From NCBI GenBank assembly GCA_963834385.1, contig CAWIBO010000005.1, positions 384,001-448,000 on the forward strand: a DNA stretch of 64,000 bases, given 5' to 3'. The notes beneath the pieces were generated by a model. That model had not been told where the DNA came from. It did no database searches and saw nothing but the letters and a program-made list of their open reading frames with translations. Shown here one piece after another: positions 31,383-41,417 of the stretch. How positions within the stretch are numbered: the stretch's first letter is position 1; the number at the start of each line of letters is the position of its first letter. The stretch comes from an uncultured Verrucomicrobiae bacterium. GTDB taxonomy: Bacteria; Verrucomicrobiota; Verrucomicrobiia; Chthoniobacterales; UBA10450. A program made the position numbers and the translations under genes.

Positions 31383-32966
31383 CTAGGCGGCCTCGCCGCG
31401 TCGGCGATAGAAATCCGCCAGAGGATAGGTTCGCGCGACCAGGCCGAAGGCGAGCGCGGCGACAAAGGCAAACCCGGCAAAGAAAAACATCTGGAAGGCC
31501 GTCAGGCCGAACCCGCTTCCTTCGATGAATCCGACGACCGCATCATTCTTGACCCCGGCGTTCACCACCAGCACCCAAAGGTTGCCGATCGTCACGGAAA
31601 GATTCCAGAAAGCCATGATGACGCCTTTCATGGCGAGCGGCGCCTGGCTGTAGGCAAACTCGAGCCCGGTGGCGGAGACGAGCACCTCGCCAAAGGTCAG
31701 GATGGCGTAGGGCAGAATCTGCCACCAGATCGAGAGCGGCGTTCCGCCATCGAGCGCCATTTGCATCACGCCGACGGCGATCCACGATACCCCGGAGAAG
31801 GCGATCCCGGCGGTCATGCGGCGGAGCGCGGTCATTTCGTAACCGAACCGGCGAAGCGCCGGGTAGAGCACAAGGTTGTTGAAGGGGATCAGGATCATGA
31901 CCAGGGCGGGATTGATCGCCTGCATTTGCGAAGCCTGGAACCAGCCCGGCATTTCCATCTTCTGGCCCTGCAAGATCCAGGTGGAAGCTTTCTGGTCGAA
32001 GAGAGACCAGAACGGGGTGACCAGGGCAAACAGGACCAGGACGCGCAGGACGGCGCGGACGCCATCGATGGCGTCGTCGGGATGCCGGCCGCGGACCGCC
32101 TCGAGCTGGAGCCAGATGCCGAGGCCGGCGAAGAGGATCAGGGAGACCAGGGCGAGGCAGGCGGCGATGACGAAACCGAGCTGCGGAATCGAAATCAGGG
32201 CAACGACGACGCCGGCAACGCCGAGGGCGGCGAGGACCTGGCCGCGCGTGCCCGAGCGGAGCGCGGACAACGAGACGCGCAGGAAGGAATGCGGGTTGGG
32301 CGGGGAGGGCGGCACCATGACGTAGCGTTTGCGCGCGAGCCAGAGGATGAAGGTGGCGATGAACATGAGCGCGCCGGGAATGCCGAAGGCGACGCTCCCC
32401 CCGAGGTGCCGCAGGAAAATCGGCATGAGGAAAGAGGCAAAGAGCGAACCGAAATTGATGATCCAATAGAAGGCATCGAAGACCACTTTGGCCCGATGCT
32501 TGTTGCTCTGGTCGAACTGATCGCCGACAAAGGCCGCCACACAGGGCTTGATTCCGCCGGAGCCGAGCGCGATCAGGGCCAGCCCGGTAAAGAAACCGGT
32601 GCGGTTGTTCTCGAAGATGGCGAGGCAGGCGTGCCCGGCGCAGTAAACCAGGCTGAGCCAGAGGATGGTGTTGTATTTCCCGAAGAAACGGTCGGCCAGC
32701 CAGCCGCCGAGAAGCGGGAAAAAGTAAACGCCGATGACAAAGGTGTGAAAGATATCCTTGGCGGCGGTGGCCCGGTCGCCCTCCGGGAGATAGGTGAGAA
32801 GCGACGAGACCAGGAAGACGGTCAGGATGTTACGCATCCCATAAAAGCTGAACCGTTCGCACCCTTCGTTCGCGATGATGTAACGGATCTGCGACGGGAT
32901 CGGCGCCTTCGGGTCGGGCGGAAGGCCGGCGCCGGGTGGAATATTCGGGTCGGCGATCTCTTTCAC
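31383..32966 (-). CDS. POT/PTR2 family peptide:H+ symporter
   Basis: EGCERFSFYGM (ExxERFxYY), GGWLADRFFG, GSGGIKP, FYWIINFGS. Confidence 0.93.
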   Translation of the reverse strand: MKEIADPNIPPGAGLPPDPKAPIPSQIRYIIANEGCERFSFYGMRNILTVFLVSSLLTYLPEGDRATAAKDIFHTFVIGVYFFPLLGGWLADRFFGKYNTILWLSLVYCAGHACLAIFENNRTGFFTGLALIALGSGGIKPCVAAFVGDQFDQSNKHRAKVVFDAFYWIINFGSLFASFLMPIFLRHLGGSVAFGIPGALMFIATFILWLARKRYVMVPPSPPNPHSFLRVSLSALRSGTRGQVLAALGVAGVVVALISIPQLGFVIAACLALVSLILFAGLGIWLQLEAVRGRHPDDAIDGVRAVLRVLVLFALVTPFWSLFDQKASTWILQGQKMEMPGWFQASQMQAINPALVMILIPFNNLVLYPALRRFGYEMTALRRMTAGIAFSGVSWIAVGVMQMALDGGTPLSIWWQILPYAILTFGEVLVSATGLEFAYSQAPLAMKGVIMAFWNLSVTIGNLWVLVVNAGVKNDAVVGFIEGSGFGLTAFQMFFFAGFAFVAALAFGLVARTYPLADFYRRRGEAA

Positions 32967-33015
32967 AGGGGCGAGGGTCGGCAGAAGAGCCGGATCGTGC
33001 AACCCGAAACCGCGT

Positions 33016-34443
33016 TCACGGCGACCGTTTTTCGGCAGCGGGTTCGTGCGGCAGGGTGATATCCAGACCGTCACTGATAAGACGGTAAAGTCCGTGTTCG
33101 TGATCGCGGAAAGCATTTACGCGTCCATCCTGATTGCGCTCGCCGTGGTGAATAAAATAGAGGGCGACGTTGTAGGACGGGAAAAGCAGGCTCAAGGCCG
33201 CCAACACCGGCAAGAGCCGGCGGCGGATCCACCCGCGGGGATCTTCCAGATGATGGAGACTGGCGACGCAGAGGAGCAGCCCGACGAATCCGAAATTGGC
33301 GAAGCGCGTCACATCCCAGGCAACGAAAAGCAGCGGAAGAAACGAGCAGGTGACACCGGCCAGCCCGAGCGCGAGAAACCGGCGTTGCCGGACCATGGCG
33401 GCGCCGAGAGCGACCGGCACGGCCAACCAGAAGAATTTGAAACTGGCAAAGATGCCGAAGAGCACGACACCGGGATGGCGCCAGAGATCAGCTATGAACG
33501 AATCCTGCCCGATTGTTTGGTGCTGCTCGAAAGGAGTCTGCAGTTTGAATTCATGACTGAGCGCGAAGAAAAAGAGATAAAATCCGACGACGGCCAGGCC
33601 CTGCCAGCGTTCGCGTGACGGAAAACAAAAGCAGACCAGCGCGGCCGCCACGACGATGGCGCCGTCAAAGGCGGTCGAGGCAAGGACAATCGAGGCGAGG
33701 CGACCTGCGCCGGTCAGGGGCACGACGGCGGGCAGAAGAAGAAAGATGAAAGCGAAGGTCTCCGGGTAACCCGGCCACTCGATTCCCACCATGATCTGTC
33801 CGCAGGTGGAGAGTGCGAGGACAGTGAGGGCGCCCCGCCCCCACGCGCCCGCCGGGAGCAGCGCGCCCGCGCTTCGGAGGCGGAGGAAATGAACCTGCAG
33901 GCAGAGAAGAAGAAAAACGCTGCCGAGAGACAAGAACCCATACCGGACCAGACCATCAAGCTGCAGCCAGTGCGCCAGGAGCGGCTGCAAAAGACGACGG
34001 TAGAAGAGTTCGTTGCTTTCTGTAAACGGATGCAGGCTCATCCGCGCATAGTCGGTTCCGAGGCCATGCTCGATCTGGAGGGCGCCGCCCGCGGACCAGG
34101 CAACTGGGAAAATCAGGAGACAAAGAAGAGGAAAAATCAGGGCCGCTGCGCCGAGCGAGAGAGCGATCTCTCTCCGGGAGGAACGCACATGGAGGTAAAG
34201 ATCGCGCAGGAGGGGAAGAGCGATTCCGAGCAGGGCGATGACACAAACCAGGCCCCGCACGGTGGCCCAGCCTGCCTCCGAGAACAAACCGGCCGAGGCG
34301 GCCAGACGCGCAGACGGATGGTGGAGCGCCGCGAAGAGCAAAAGGGCGGCAGCCCAGAAGACGAGACCCGCCCGCCTTCCCTCGGGCAGCTCGGGTAACC
34401 GAAGAAACTCGTCCTCGCTGGACAAAATCTTGACGCTACTCAT
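33016..34443 (-). CDS. Polytopic membrane protein, possibly GT-C-like
   Basis: About 11 hydrophobic segments; DY..FYRRLL loop; divergent from a GT2 gene. Confidence 0.55.
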   Translation of the reverse strand: MSSVKILSSEDEFLRLPELPEGRRAGLVFWAAALLLFAALHHPSARLAASAGLFSEAGWATVRGLVCVIALLGIALPLLRDLYLHVRSSRREIALSLGAAALIFPLLCLLIFPVAWSAGGALQIEHGLGTDYARMSLHPFTESNELFYRRLLQPLLAHWLQLDGLVRYGFLSLGSVFLLLCLQVHFLRLRSAGALLPAGAWGRGALTVLALSTCGQIMVGIEWPGYPETFAFIFLLLPAVVPLTGAGRLASIVLASTAFDGAIVVAAALVCFCFPSRERWQGLAVVGFYLFFFALSHEFKLQTPFEQHQTIGQDSFIADLWRHPGVVLFGIFASFKFFWLAVPVALGAAMVRQRRFLALGLAGVTCSFLPLLFVAWDVTRFANFGFVGLLLCVASLHHLEDPRGWIRRRLLPVLAALSLLFPSYNVALYFIHHGERNQDGRVNAFRDHEHGLYRLISDGLDITLPHEPAAEKRSP

Positions 34444-34483
34444 GCGGAGACGAAATCATCCGGGAAAGACAGACCGTCTCGAA

Positions 34484-35296
34484 ATGCCCACTGAAAACTC
34501 CGTCGCCAAGCCGAAGCCGTTCACCAACCGGTGGGGCGCCCTTGACCTGATTGTGCCCGTTCATAATGAGGAGAAATCGATCGCGGAATCCTTGCGGGAA
34601 TTATCGGAGGCGATGGCGAAGCGGGTGGGGGACCAGTATCGCCTGCTGATCTGTGAGGATGGATCAACCGACAAAACCCTGGCCATCGTCAAGCAATTGT
34701 CGTCGGAACTTCCGCTGCTGATCATCACCTCGCGCACACGGAAGGGTTATGCGCGGGCGGTGGCGGATGGTCTCCGGGCTTCCACCGCCGGACTCTGCGC
34801 GGTGGTGGAAGGCGACGGGCAGACCGACCCGGACAGCCTTGGTCTTCTGCTGGAACGCATCGAGGCAAACGATCTCTGCGTGGGCTGGAGAAATCCGCGG
34901 AGCGACAACTTCCTGCGTCGCTTTCTGTCGCGCGCCTACCGCTCCGTTTATCGGATGGTGGTGGGCGTGCCGCTTCTTGATCCCTCCTACGCCTGCATCC
35001 TGGTCCGGCGCGAGGCGCTTCTCCGCATCATGGATCACTTCACCTTTCGTCTGCCCGACGGTTTTTTCTGGGAGTTCAACGCCTGGGCGTGCGCGCTCTC
35101 GCTGCGCACGGTGGAGGTGCCGGTGTTGCACCGGGCCCGGCGCGACGGGCGCACGCGCGTTTTCCGGTTTCGGCGTCTGCCCGCGATTTCCCTCCGCAAC
35201 ATCGTGGGGCTGATCCGTCTGCGCCGCGACCTCCGGCAAACCAGCGGAGCGCCGCTGGTTGCGTCTTTCCCTGATCCCTCCCAGGCGGAAGGGTGA
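34484..35296 (+). CDS. GT2 polyprenyl-phosphate glycosyltransferase-like protein
   Basis: VPVHNEE, EDGSTDKT, GYARA, EGDGQ, VGWR, EVPV.HR.R..G. Confidence 0.85.
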   Translation: MPTENSVAKPKPFTNRWGALDLIVPVHNEEKSIAESLRELSEAMAKRVGDQYRLLICEDGSTDKTLAIVKQLSSELPLLIITSRTRKGYARAVADGLRASTAGLCAVVEGDGQTDPDSLGLLLERIEANDLCVGWRNPRSDNFLRRFLSRAYRSVYRMVVGVPLLDPSYACILVRREALLRIMDHFTFRLPDGFFWEFNAWACALSLRTVEVPVLHRARRDGRTRVFRFRRLPAISLRNIVGLIRLRRDLRQTSGAPLVASFPDPSQAEG

Positions 35297-35349
35297 TGAG
35301 CCGGAGCCTTCCTTTGGCAACTTTCTGCCATTCCCTATAGTTTGACCTC

Positions 35350-35919
35350 ATGCAGCGGTGGCAAAGAAACTGGCAACGACGTTTTTTGCGCGCCTGGCCG
35401 CGCCGACGCCATCTGCGCGGAAGCCGGCTCCATCGACTGGTCGGCGAAGGTCTTTTCCAGCGTGAACTCTGGGCGCTGACGCGTCGGGGCCTGGCGGAAG
35501 GCCTCGCGGTCGGCCTTTTCATCGGCTGCACGCCCACGATGGGATTTCAAGTGATCCTCGGGGGACTGGCCGCCTATCTCCTGAAAGTAAACATCCCGGT
35601 GACGCTCCTGGCCACGCTGGTAAGCAATCCGCTGAGCGCCCCCATCCTTTACCCGCTCGAGTATCAGCTTGGGGTCTGGATGATCGGCCTGCCGGAAGGG
35701 AAGGATCTCGCCGGGTTCACCGGGGCCATGCGCAGCTTCTTTGGTTATGCCCGGCCGCTCTGGGCGGGTTCCCTCGTCTTTGGCCTGGTGTCCGGCGTCC
35801 TGGGCTACGGCCTCGGCACGCTGGTCTGGTGGAGCCGGAAGTTTTTTCGGCGCCGGCCGGCGCGCGTCACTGCTGGCGCGGTCCGGCGTCCGGAAGAGGA
35901 GCACGCCGGGATTCGCTGA
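35350..35919 (+). CDS. DUF2062 membrane protein
   Basis: LW...R..LA.GLAVGLF, NIP, SNPL. Confidence 0.85.
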   Translation: MQRWQRNWQRRFLRAWPRRRHLRGSRLHRLVGEGLFQRELWALTRRGLAEGLAVGLFIGCTPTMGFQVILGGLAAYLLKVNIPVTLLATLVSNPLSAPILYPLEYQLGVWMIGLPEGKDLAGFTGAMRSFFGYARPLWAGSLVFGLVSGVLGYGLGTLVWWSRKFFRRRPARVTAGAVRRPEEEHAGIR

Positions 35920-36430
35920 GGAGGCGAGCCCAGCGCGGGCTGTAGGGATGAACGCGGGTGGCGGGCCGGCCCGCCTGCACAAGCGGTCGCCCTTCGTTCG
36001 CCCAGGCAAAGATCGAGCCGGACAAATTGCGGACATCGCGGTAACCGGCCTCCAATAAACGCTCCGCGAGGGCCGCGGAGCGGTATCCGACGGAGCAATA
36101 GGTCACAATGGGACGGTCCTTCGGCAGATCGAGTGTCGCCGGCCGGGCCTCCGGCGAAACCTGGCGGGCGCCGCGAAGATGGCTGACGGCGAATTCCTCC
36201 GCGGTGCGGACATCAAGCAGGAGCGGTTGCGGGCGGCGTTTATCAGCCTGCCACGCGGCCAGCTCCTCCGTGGAAAGCCGGGGCACGCGCGGGAAGTCAT
36301 GGCGCACTTTCCAGTTTACCAGCGCCCATTCGAGGAAGTTGGCCCGGGCGCTCACCGGAAAGAGCACGCCGAGGGAGAGGAGGAAGGCAAAAAGAACTCG
36401 TGTGACCAAGCCAGGACCACGGAAGAACAT
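35867..36430 (-). CDS. Rhodanese-like domain protein
   Basis: LLDVRT.EEF.VSHL.GA, YCSVGYRS, NLSGSIFAW. Confidence 0.88.
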   Translation of the reverse strand: MFFRGPGLVTRVLFAFLLSLGVLFPVSARANFLEWALVNWKVRHDFPRVPRLSTEELAAWQADKRRPQPLLLDVRTAEEFAVSHLRGARQVSPEARPATLDLPKDRPIVTYCSVGYRSAALAERLLEAGYRDVRNLSGSIFAWANEGRPLVQAGRPATRVHPYSPRWARLLSESRRAPLPDAGPRQQ

Positions 36431-36469
36431 CGCCCAATGGAGCGCGCCCGCGTCGAATGTCGAAAGAAT

Positions 36470-36967
36470 CTAGTGGTTTTCGGTCGTCGCGGGCGCGGGA
36501 AGATCCGAGTTCCACATATCGAGACTGGACTTCCAGGTTCCGTCCGCCTGTTTTTGCCAGACCACGAGGAACTTCCCGTTGTCCTGGACCGGTTTCCCGC
36601 CATCCGCCGGAGTGATCGTCACTTCGTAGGTCCCGCTCGTGATCCCCATGTCCCCGGAAGCGGCGACTTCAACCCGTGTCGATTTCCAGCTGATCTTGAA
36701 GCCCGGGATGTTGAACATCTCACTCCAGGTTTTTCGGATCGCCTCTTTCGTGGTGGCGGCCGGTGCGTTCGGCGGCATGACCACGGCGTCTTCGGTATAA
36801 TAGGAAACAACCTTCTCCAGGTCGCCCGAAGCCGCGGCGTCCGACCATTTTGCATTCAATTCTCGCAGGGTCTTTTCGACAGCCACGGTGTCCGCCCCGG
36901 CCGCGGGCAGGGCCGCGAGGACGAGGAGAGCGACGATCGAGCCGAATGAGATTGATCGATTTTTCAT
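36470..36967 (-). CDS. Secreted DUF4440/SnoaL-like (NTF2 fold) protein
   Basis: YTEDAVVMPP, SGDMG, GKFLVVWQKQADGTWK. Confidence 0.88.
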   Translation of the reverse strand: MKNRSISFGSIVALLVLAALPAAGADTVAVEKTLRELNAKWSDAAASGDLEKVVSYYTEDAVVMPPNAPAATTKEAIRKTWSEMFNIPGFKISWKSTRVEVAASGDMGITSGTYEVTITPADGGKPVQDNGKFLVVWQKQADGTWKSSLDMWNSDLPAPATTENH

Positions 36968-37102
36968 CAGGCCATTAAACGTTCGGAGAACCGAAAAGGA
37001 AAAGAAGAAACGGAAGGGGAACTGTAAATATGCGGCGCAGCCGGTGGAAGCATCTTGCGAGGCGAGGCGGCCAATCGCCCTCATTTTGCCGATTCAGGTG
37101 CG

Positions 37103-38644
37103 TTGAACTTCCGCAAACTTCTCCCACGGGCCGTTCTCCCGGCATTTTTTCTTCTCCTATCCTTCAACCTGGCCGAGGCGCAGGTCGGCGTGGTCGAGAT
37201 CACCTTTGAGGTGACACTCCCGGCGAACACCCCGCCGGGAGACAACATTTTCATCGCCGGGAATTTCCAGGGATGGGACCCGGGAGCCACCATGCTTTCC
37301 CGGGACAGCGCCACGCATGCTTCCGGCACGGTCACGGTCACCCAGGGTTCCGCGATGGAGTTCAAATTTACCCGGGGCGACTGGGGACGGGGCGAGAAGG
37401 CGGCGGATTGCAATGAGATCCCGAACCGGCAAGCCACGGCGAACGAGAACAAGACCATTTATTTGACGGTCGCGAACTGGGGCGACATCTGCGTCGCTTT
37501 TTACGACACCCGGGCGCAGAAGATCCGGCTGGAAACGACGGTGCTCGGGGTGCCGAAGGAGTTCTACGTTTACACACCGCCGGGCTACGAACAGTCACCC
37601 ACGCGGCGTTACCCTGTGCTTTATCTCTTCCGCGGGCACGAGAAGGAATGGATCAACAAGTTCGAAGACGGCACCCGCGGGGGGAGGAATGTGATCGACG
37701 TTTATGAGACGCTGCTCGCCGCCGGCGACGTCGGCCCGATGCTGCTCGTGTTCCCGGGCATCAGCAGCAACAACAACGCCATTTCCGGCATGCTCACCAA
37801 CTTCAAGTCGCCGGAGCTGACCTCGGCTCCCGGCATCGGGAACGGCCGCTTTGAGGATTACTTCATCCAGGATGTCATGGGTCATGTGGACGCAAACTTT
37901 CGCACGGTGGCGAACCGGCACGGGCGCGGGGTGGACGGGTTCTCCCTGGGTGGATTCATGAGCGCCAAGATCGCCTCCCAGCATCCGGAACTGTTCAAGA
38001 CCGTCGGGGTTTTCGATGGCACGCATTTCTATGCCGACCTCGACTGCTCGGACGTGGACGGGGTGCGCGATGCCAACACCTTTACCGCGAACGACATGTT
38101 CGACCCGGTCTACGGCGAACCGCGGGATACCGCCTTTGCCGCCCTGAACAATGGGCCAACCCTGGTTTGCAACAGCACACCGGGCCTGATGCAGAGCCTG
38201 CATTGGTTTGTGCAATACGGGCCGCTCAGCGGCGAACCGCTCAGCTCGAACTATCTGCGTGGCGATCATCTCATGGAAAAACTTACGGCCAAGGGCGTGA
38301 CCAACGGGATCACGGCGGTCCTGGAAGGCGGCCACAACTGGGCCACGGCGGATGAACACATGCGGCAGACCCTGCCGCTGCACTGGGAGGTGCTGGGGCC
38401 GGCCACGGTGATTGATCCGCCGCCGTTGCGCGTGACCGGCATCACCATGCTTTCCAATGGCAACGTGACCGTGGAGGGACTCGGACTTCCGTTTGGGGCG
38501 CACACGGTGGAAGCGACCGGCGAAATCACCGGGGAATTTCTGCCCGTGGCCACGATCACGGCGGACAGCAACGGGACACTTCTCTTCGAAGACACCGAAG
38601 CGGCCGGCGTCGATGCGCGTTTCTACCGGCTGACCTATCCCTGA
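37103..38644 (+). CDS. Secreted CBM20 + alpha/beta-hydrolase esterase with C-terminal RFYR domain
   Basis: IFIAGNF..W.P, EFKFTRG.W..E..NR; VYTPPGY..YPVLYL, GFSLGG, GGHNW. Confidence 0.85.
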   Translation: MNFRKLLPRAVLPAFFLLLSFNLAEAQVGVVEITFEVTLPANTPPGDNIFIAGNFQGWDPGATMLSRDSATHASGTVTVTQGSAMEFKFTRGDWGRGEKAADCNEIPNRQATANENKTIYLTVANWGDICVAFYDTRAQKIRLETTVLGVPKEFYVYTPPGYEQSPTRRYPVLYLFRGHEKEWINKFEDGTRGGRNVIDVYETLLAAGDVGPMLLVFPGISSNNNAISGMLTNFKSPELTSAPGIGNGRFEDYFIQDVMGHVDANFRTVANRHGRGVDGFSLGGFMSAKIASQHPELFKTVGVFDGTHFYADLDCSDVDGVRDANTFTANDMFDPVYGEPRDTAFAALNNGPTLVCNSTPGLMQSLHWFVQYGPLSGEPLSSNYLRGDHLMEKLTAKGVTNGITAVLEGGHNWATADEHMRQTLPLHWEVLGPATVIDPPPLRVTGITMLSNGNVTVEGLGLPFGAHTVEATGEITGEFLPVATITADSNGTLLFEDTEAAGVDARFYRLTYP

Positions 38645-38729
38645 ACCGGGCGCGCGGCAGCAGCAGGAACATCGCCCGTTCTTTTTGGAGATTGTCTCCA
38701 TCGGCCTCCCGGTTTATGCCAGCGGGCGG

Positions 38730-41355
38730 ATGTCGCGGAGATCAGCGAAGTTAGATCGCGGCCGGCTCGTTTGTCGGGTGGCGAGGCCACCACGTGTTGA
38801 GCGCAGATGGAAGGGCGTCCTCCTTACGGCCTGTTTGCTTTGGATGGCGGTTTCCGCTGCCGTCGGCGCCACCCAGGCCAGCGACGCCGTGAGGATCGCG
38901 CCGGTTCCTGCATGGGTTGCCGAAACAAGGGTGGAGAAGAACGCGTGGGAAGTTCAGGATTCGGGCGGGGTCGGCCTTGTCCTGATGGATCGACAATTGC
39001 AGGTCGAACCGCGCGAATCATTTCATCGCGAGATCAGGCGCATCACCTCGGAAACCGGGGTCCAGCATGGGGCGGCCTTCAGTGTGACTTTTGATCCGGC
39101 TTATCAGGCCGTGGTTTTTCACGAGATTCTGCTTACACGCAACGGCCGCACCGTTTCGAGGCTGGCGCGTGACCAGATTAAACTTTTCCAGCGGGAACGG
39201 GAGCTGGAACGGTTCATCTACGACGGTTCTTTCACCGCGCAGTACGACGTCCCTGACGTTCGGGTCGGCGATGCGATTCAGTTTTCCTATACCGTTACGG
39301 GGGCCAACCCGGTGAAGGATGGGCGCTGTTCGATCATCTACTGGCTCGATTTTTCCTATCCGGTGGGGCAGAGCTTTCTCCGCATTGTGCACCCGGAGAA
39401 TCGTTCGGTGGCCGTGCGCTTGCTTCCGGAGACCGTGAAAGCGGCGATTTCCACGCGCAACGGGACCACCGAGATCGTGCACCGGGAACAGGGAGTGGCC
39501 GCGCGCCGCTTCGACGGCAATCTGCCCGTCGATTATGATCCCCGCCGCGCCATTCAGATTTCAGAATTTGAGACATGGGCGGAGCTGGCGCGGTGGGGCG
39601 CCGGGTTGTTTGCCCGCGGAGAAGGTTCTCTCTCGGCGGAATTGCAGGCCGAGGTCGGCCGATTGCAGCAGCTCGCCGAACCCGAGGCACAGGTGCTGGA
39701 AGCGTTGCGCTTCGTCCAGGATGAGGTGCGCTACCTTGGTTTCGAGGCAGGTGAGAATTCGCACCGGCCGACGCCTCCGGCCGAGGTTCTGCGTCGCCGC
39801 TTCGGCGACTGCAAGGATAAGACGCTCCTTCTGGCCACGCTCCTGCGAGAGTGCGGAATCGCGGCGGACCCGGCCCTCGTGAGCAACTTTTATCGGAGGA
39901 CGACCCCCGACTACCTGCCGGCTCCCGAATTTTTCGATCACGTTATCCTGCGTGTGCGCGTAAATGGAAAAACGCGCTGGTTGGACGCGACGCGCTCGAA
40001 ACAGCGCGGCCCTCTCTCGCAGATTTATGTGCCGGATTTTGGGCATGCCCTGGTGCTGACGGCGGACACGACCTCGTTGACGACTGGTGACGTCTCCGCG
40101 CGGCGCGCTGCCCAGGAAAAAGATCGTCAACACTTTCAGGATCGGGGCGCCGGGCGGCACCGCCGAGCTCGATGTCATAACCGAGTATCGTGGCGTGGCG
40201 GCCGATCGCCTGCGCGGATCGCTCGCTTCCATCCCTCGGGATGATGTGCAGCGCGATTATCTGAAGTTCTACAGCCGTCGTTTCCCCGGGGCCAAGGTCA
40301 GGAAACCGTTTGTCCTTGAGGAACACCCGGGGGCGAACGCGTGCACGGTCAAAGAGGCCTATCTCCTTCCTGATCTGTGGCATCTTAACGAGAAGGAGAA
40401 GCAGTATTCGCTCACCCTCATGCCGGACGAGCTCGAGGGGGCGCTCGGCCAGGTTCATTCCTCGTCGCGGGATGATCCTCTGGCGGTGGATCATCCGGTT
40501 GATCTGACGGAGGAGATCATCGCGATCATGTTCCAGTCCTGGCATCTGACAGCCAGTTCATCACCGGTGGCCAATGAGTTTTTCCGGTTCACTGAAAGAA
40601 CTGAGGGGCAGGGAAAACGGCTCCGTTTTGCCTACAGCTACAGGACCCTGACTGACCGGGTGCCAGCGGATAAGATCGCCGACTACAACCGCGCGATCTC
40701 CGACATCCGGGATACCCTCGGATATACCCTCGGTTACCGCACGCCCGCGCAGCTCGGACAGTGGTCTGGTCTTGCGAACTTCAACTGGCTCGTCGCGGCG
40801 GCGCTGCTGCCCTTTCTGGGTGTCATCACACTTCTCGCGGGCTTTTTCTTCTTCCTGAGCAAACGCGCTTCCCCGTTGCCGCCGCCTCTGGAGCCCGCAC
40901 TCCAGGGCATTGGCGGTTGGCTGATCCTTCCCCTGCTGGGTTTGATCATCCGGCCTTTTTCCTATCTTTGGGCGATGCTGCAGCTGATCCCATCGGTCTT
41001 TGTGAGCAAGACCTGGCGTTCGCTGACGGATGGCGCCTCCCCGCAGTTTGATGCCCAATGGGCTCCGGCTCTTCTCTTCGAACTTTTCTACAATTCGTTC
41101 GCTCTTATCCTGACGTTCCTCGTGCTGGCGCTCTTTTTCGCCAGGCGGGCGTGGTGGCCTCGTCTTTTCATCGGCTTACTCATCCTCGATGCGATCGCAA
41201 TCCTGACCGACCTTATCTTTGCGATGAATCTACCCGTCGATCCGGGAGTGGTGACCGGCGCACGCGCGCTTCTCGTGGGAGCCGTCGTCGGGGCGGCGAT
41301 CTGGATTCCGTATGTGCTCGTTTCGCGCCGGGTAAAGGCGACATTCCGTTTTTGA
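38730..41355 (+). CDS. DUF3857 + transglutaminase-like protein with C-terminal DUF2569-like TM domain (indel near 40085)
   Basis: GDCKDK, FDHVI, WLDAT triad; GIGGWL..WIPY..SRRVKATF. Confidence 0.8.
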
Positions 41356-41417
41356 GCAGAGATCCGCCCCGTCCCGCCTCGGGGGCGTGTCCACCCGGCA
41401 CCGACAGAACACGCAGT

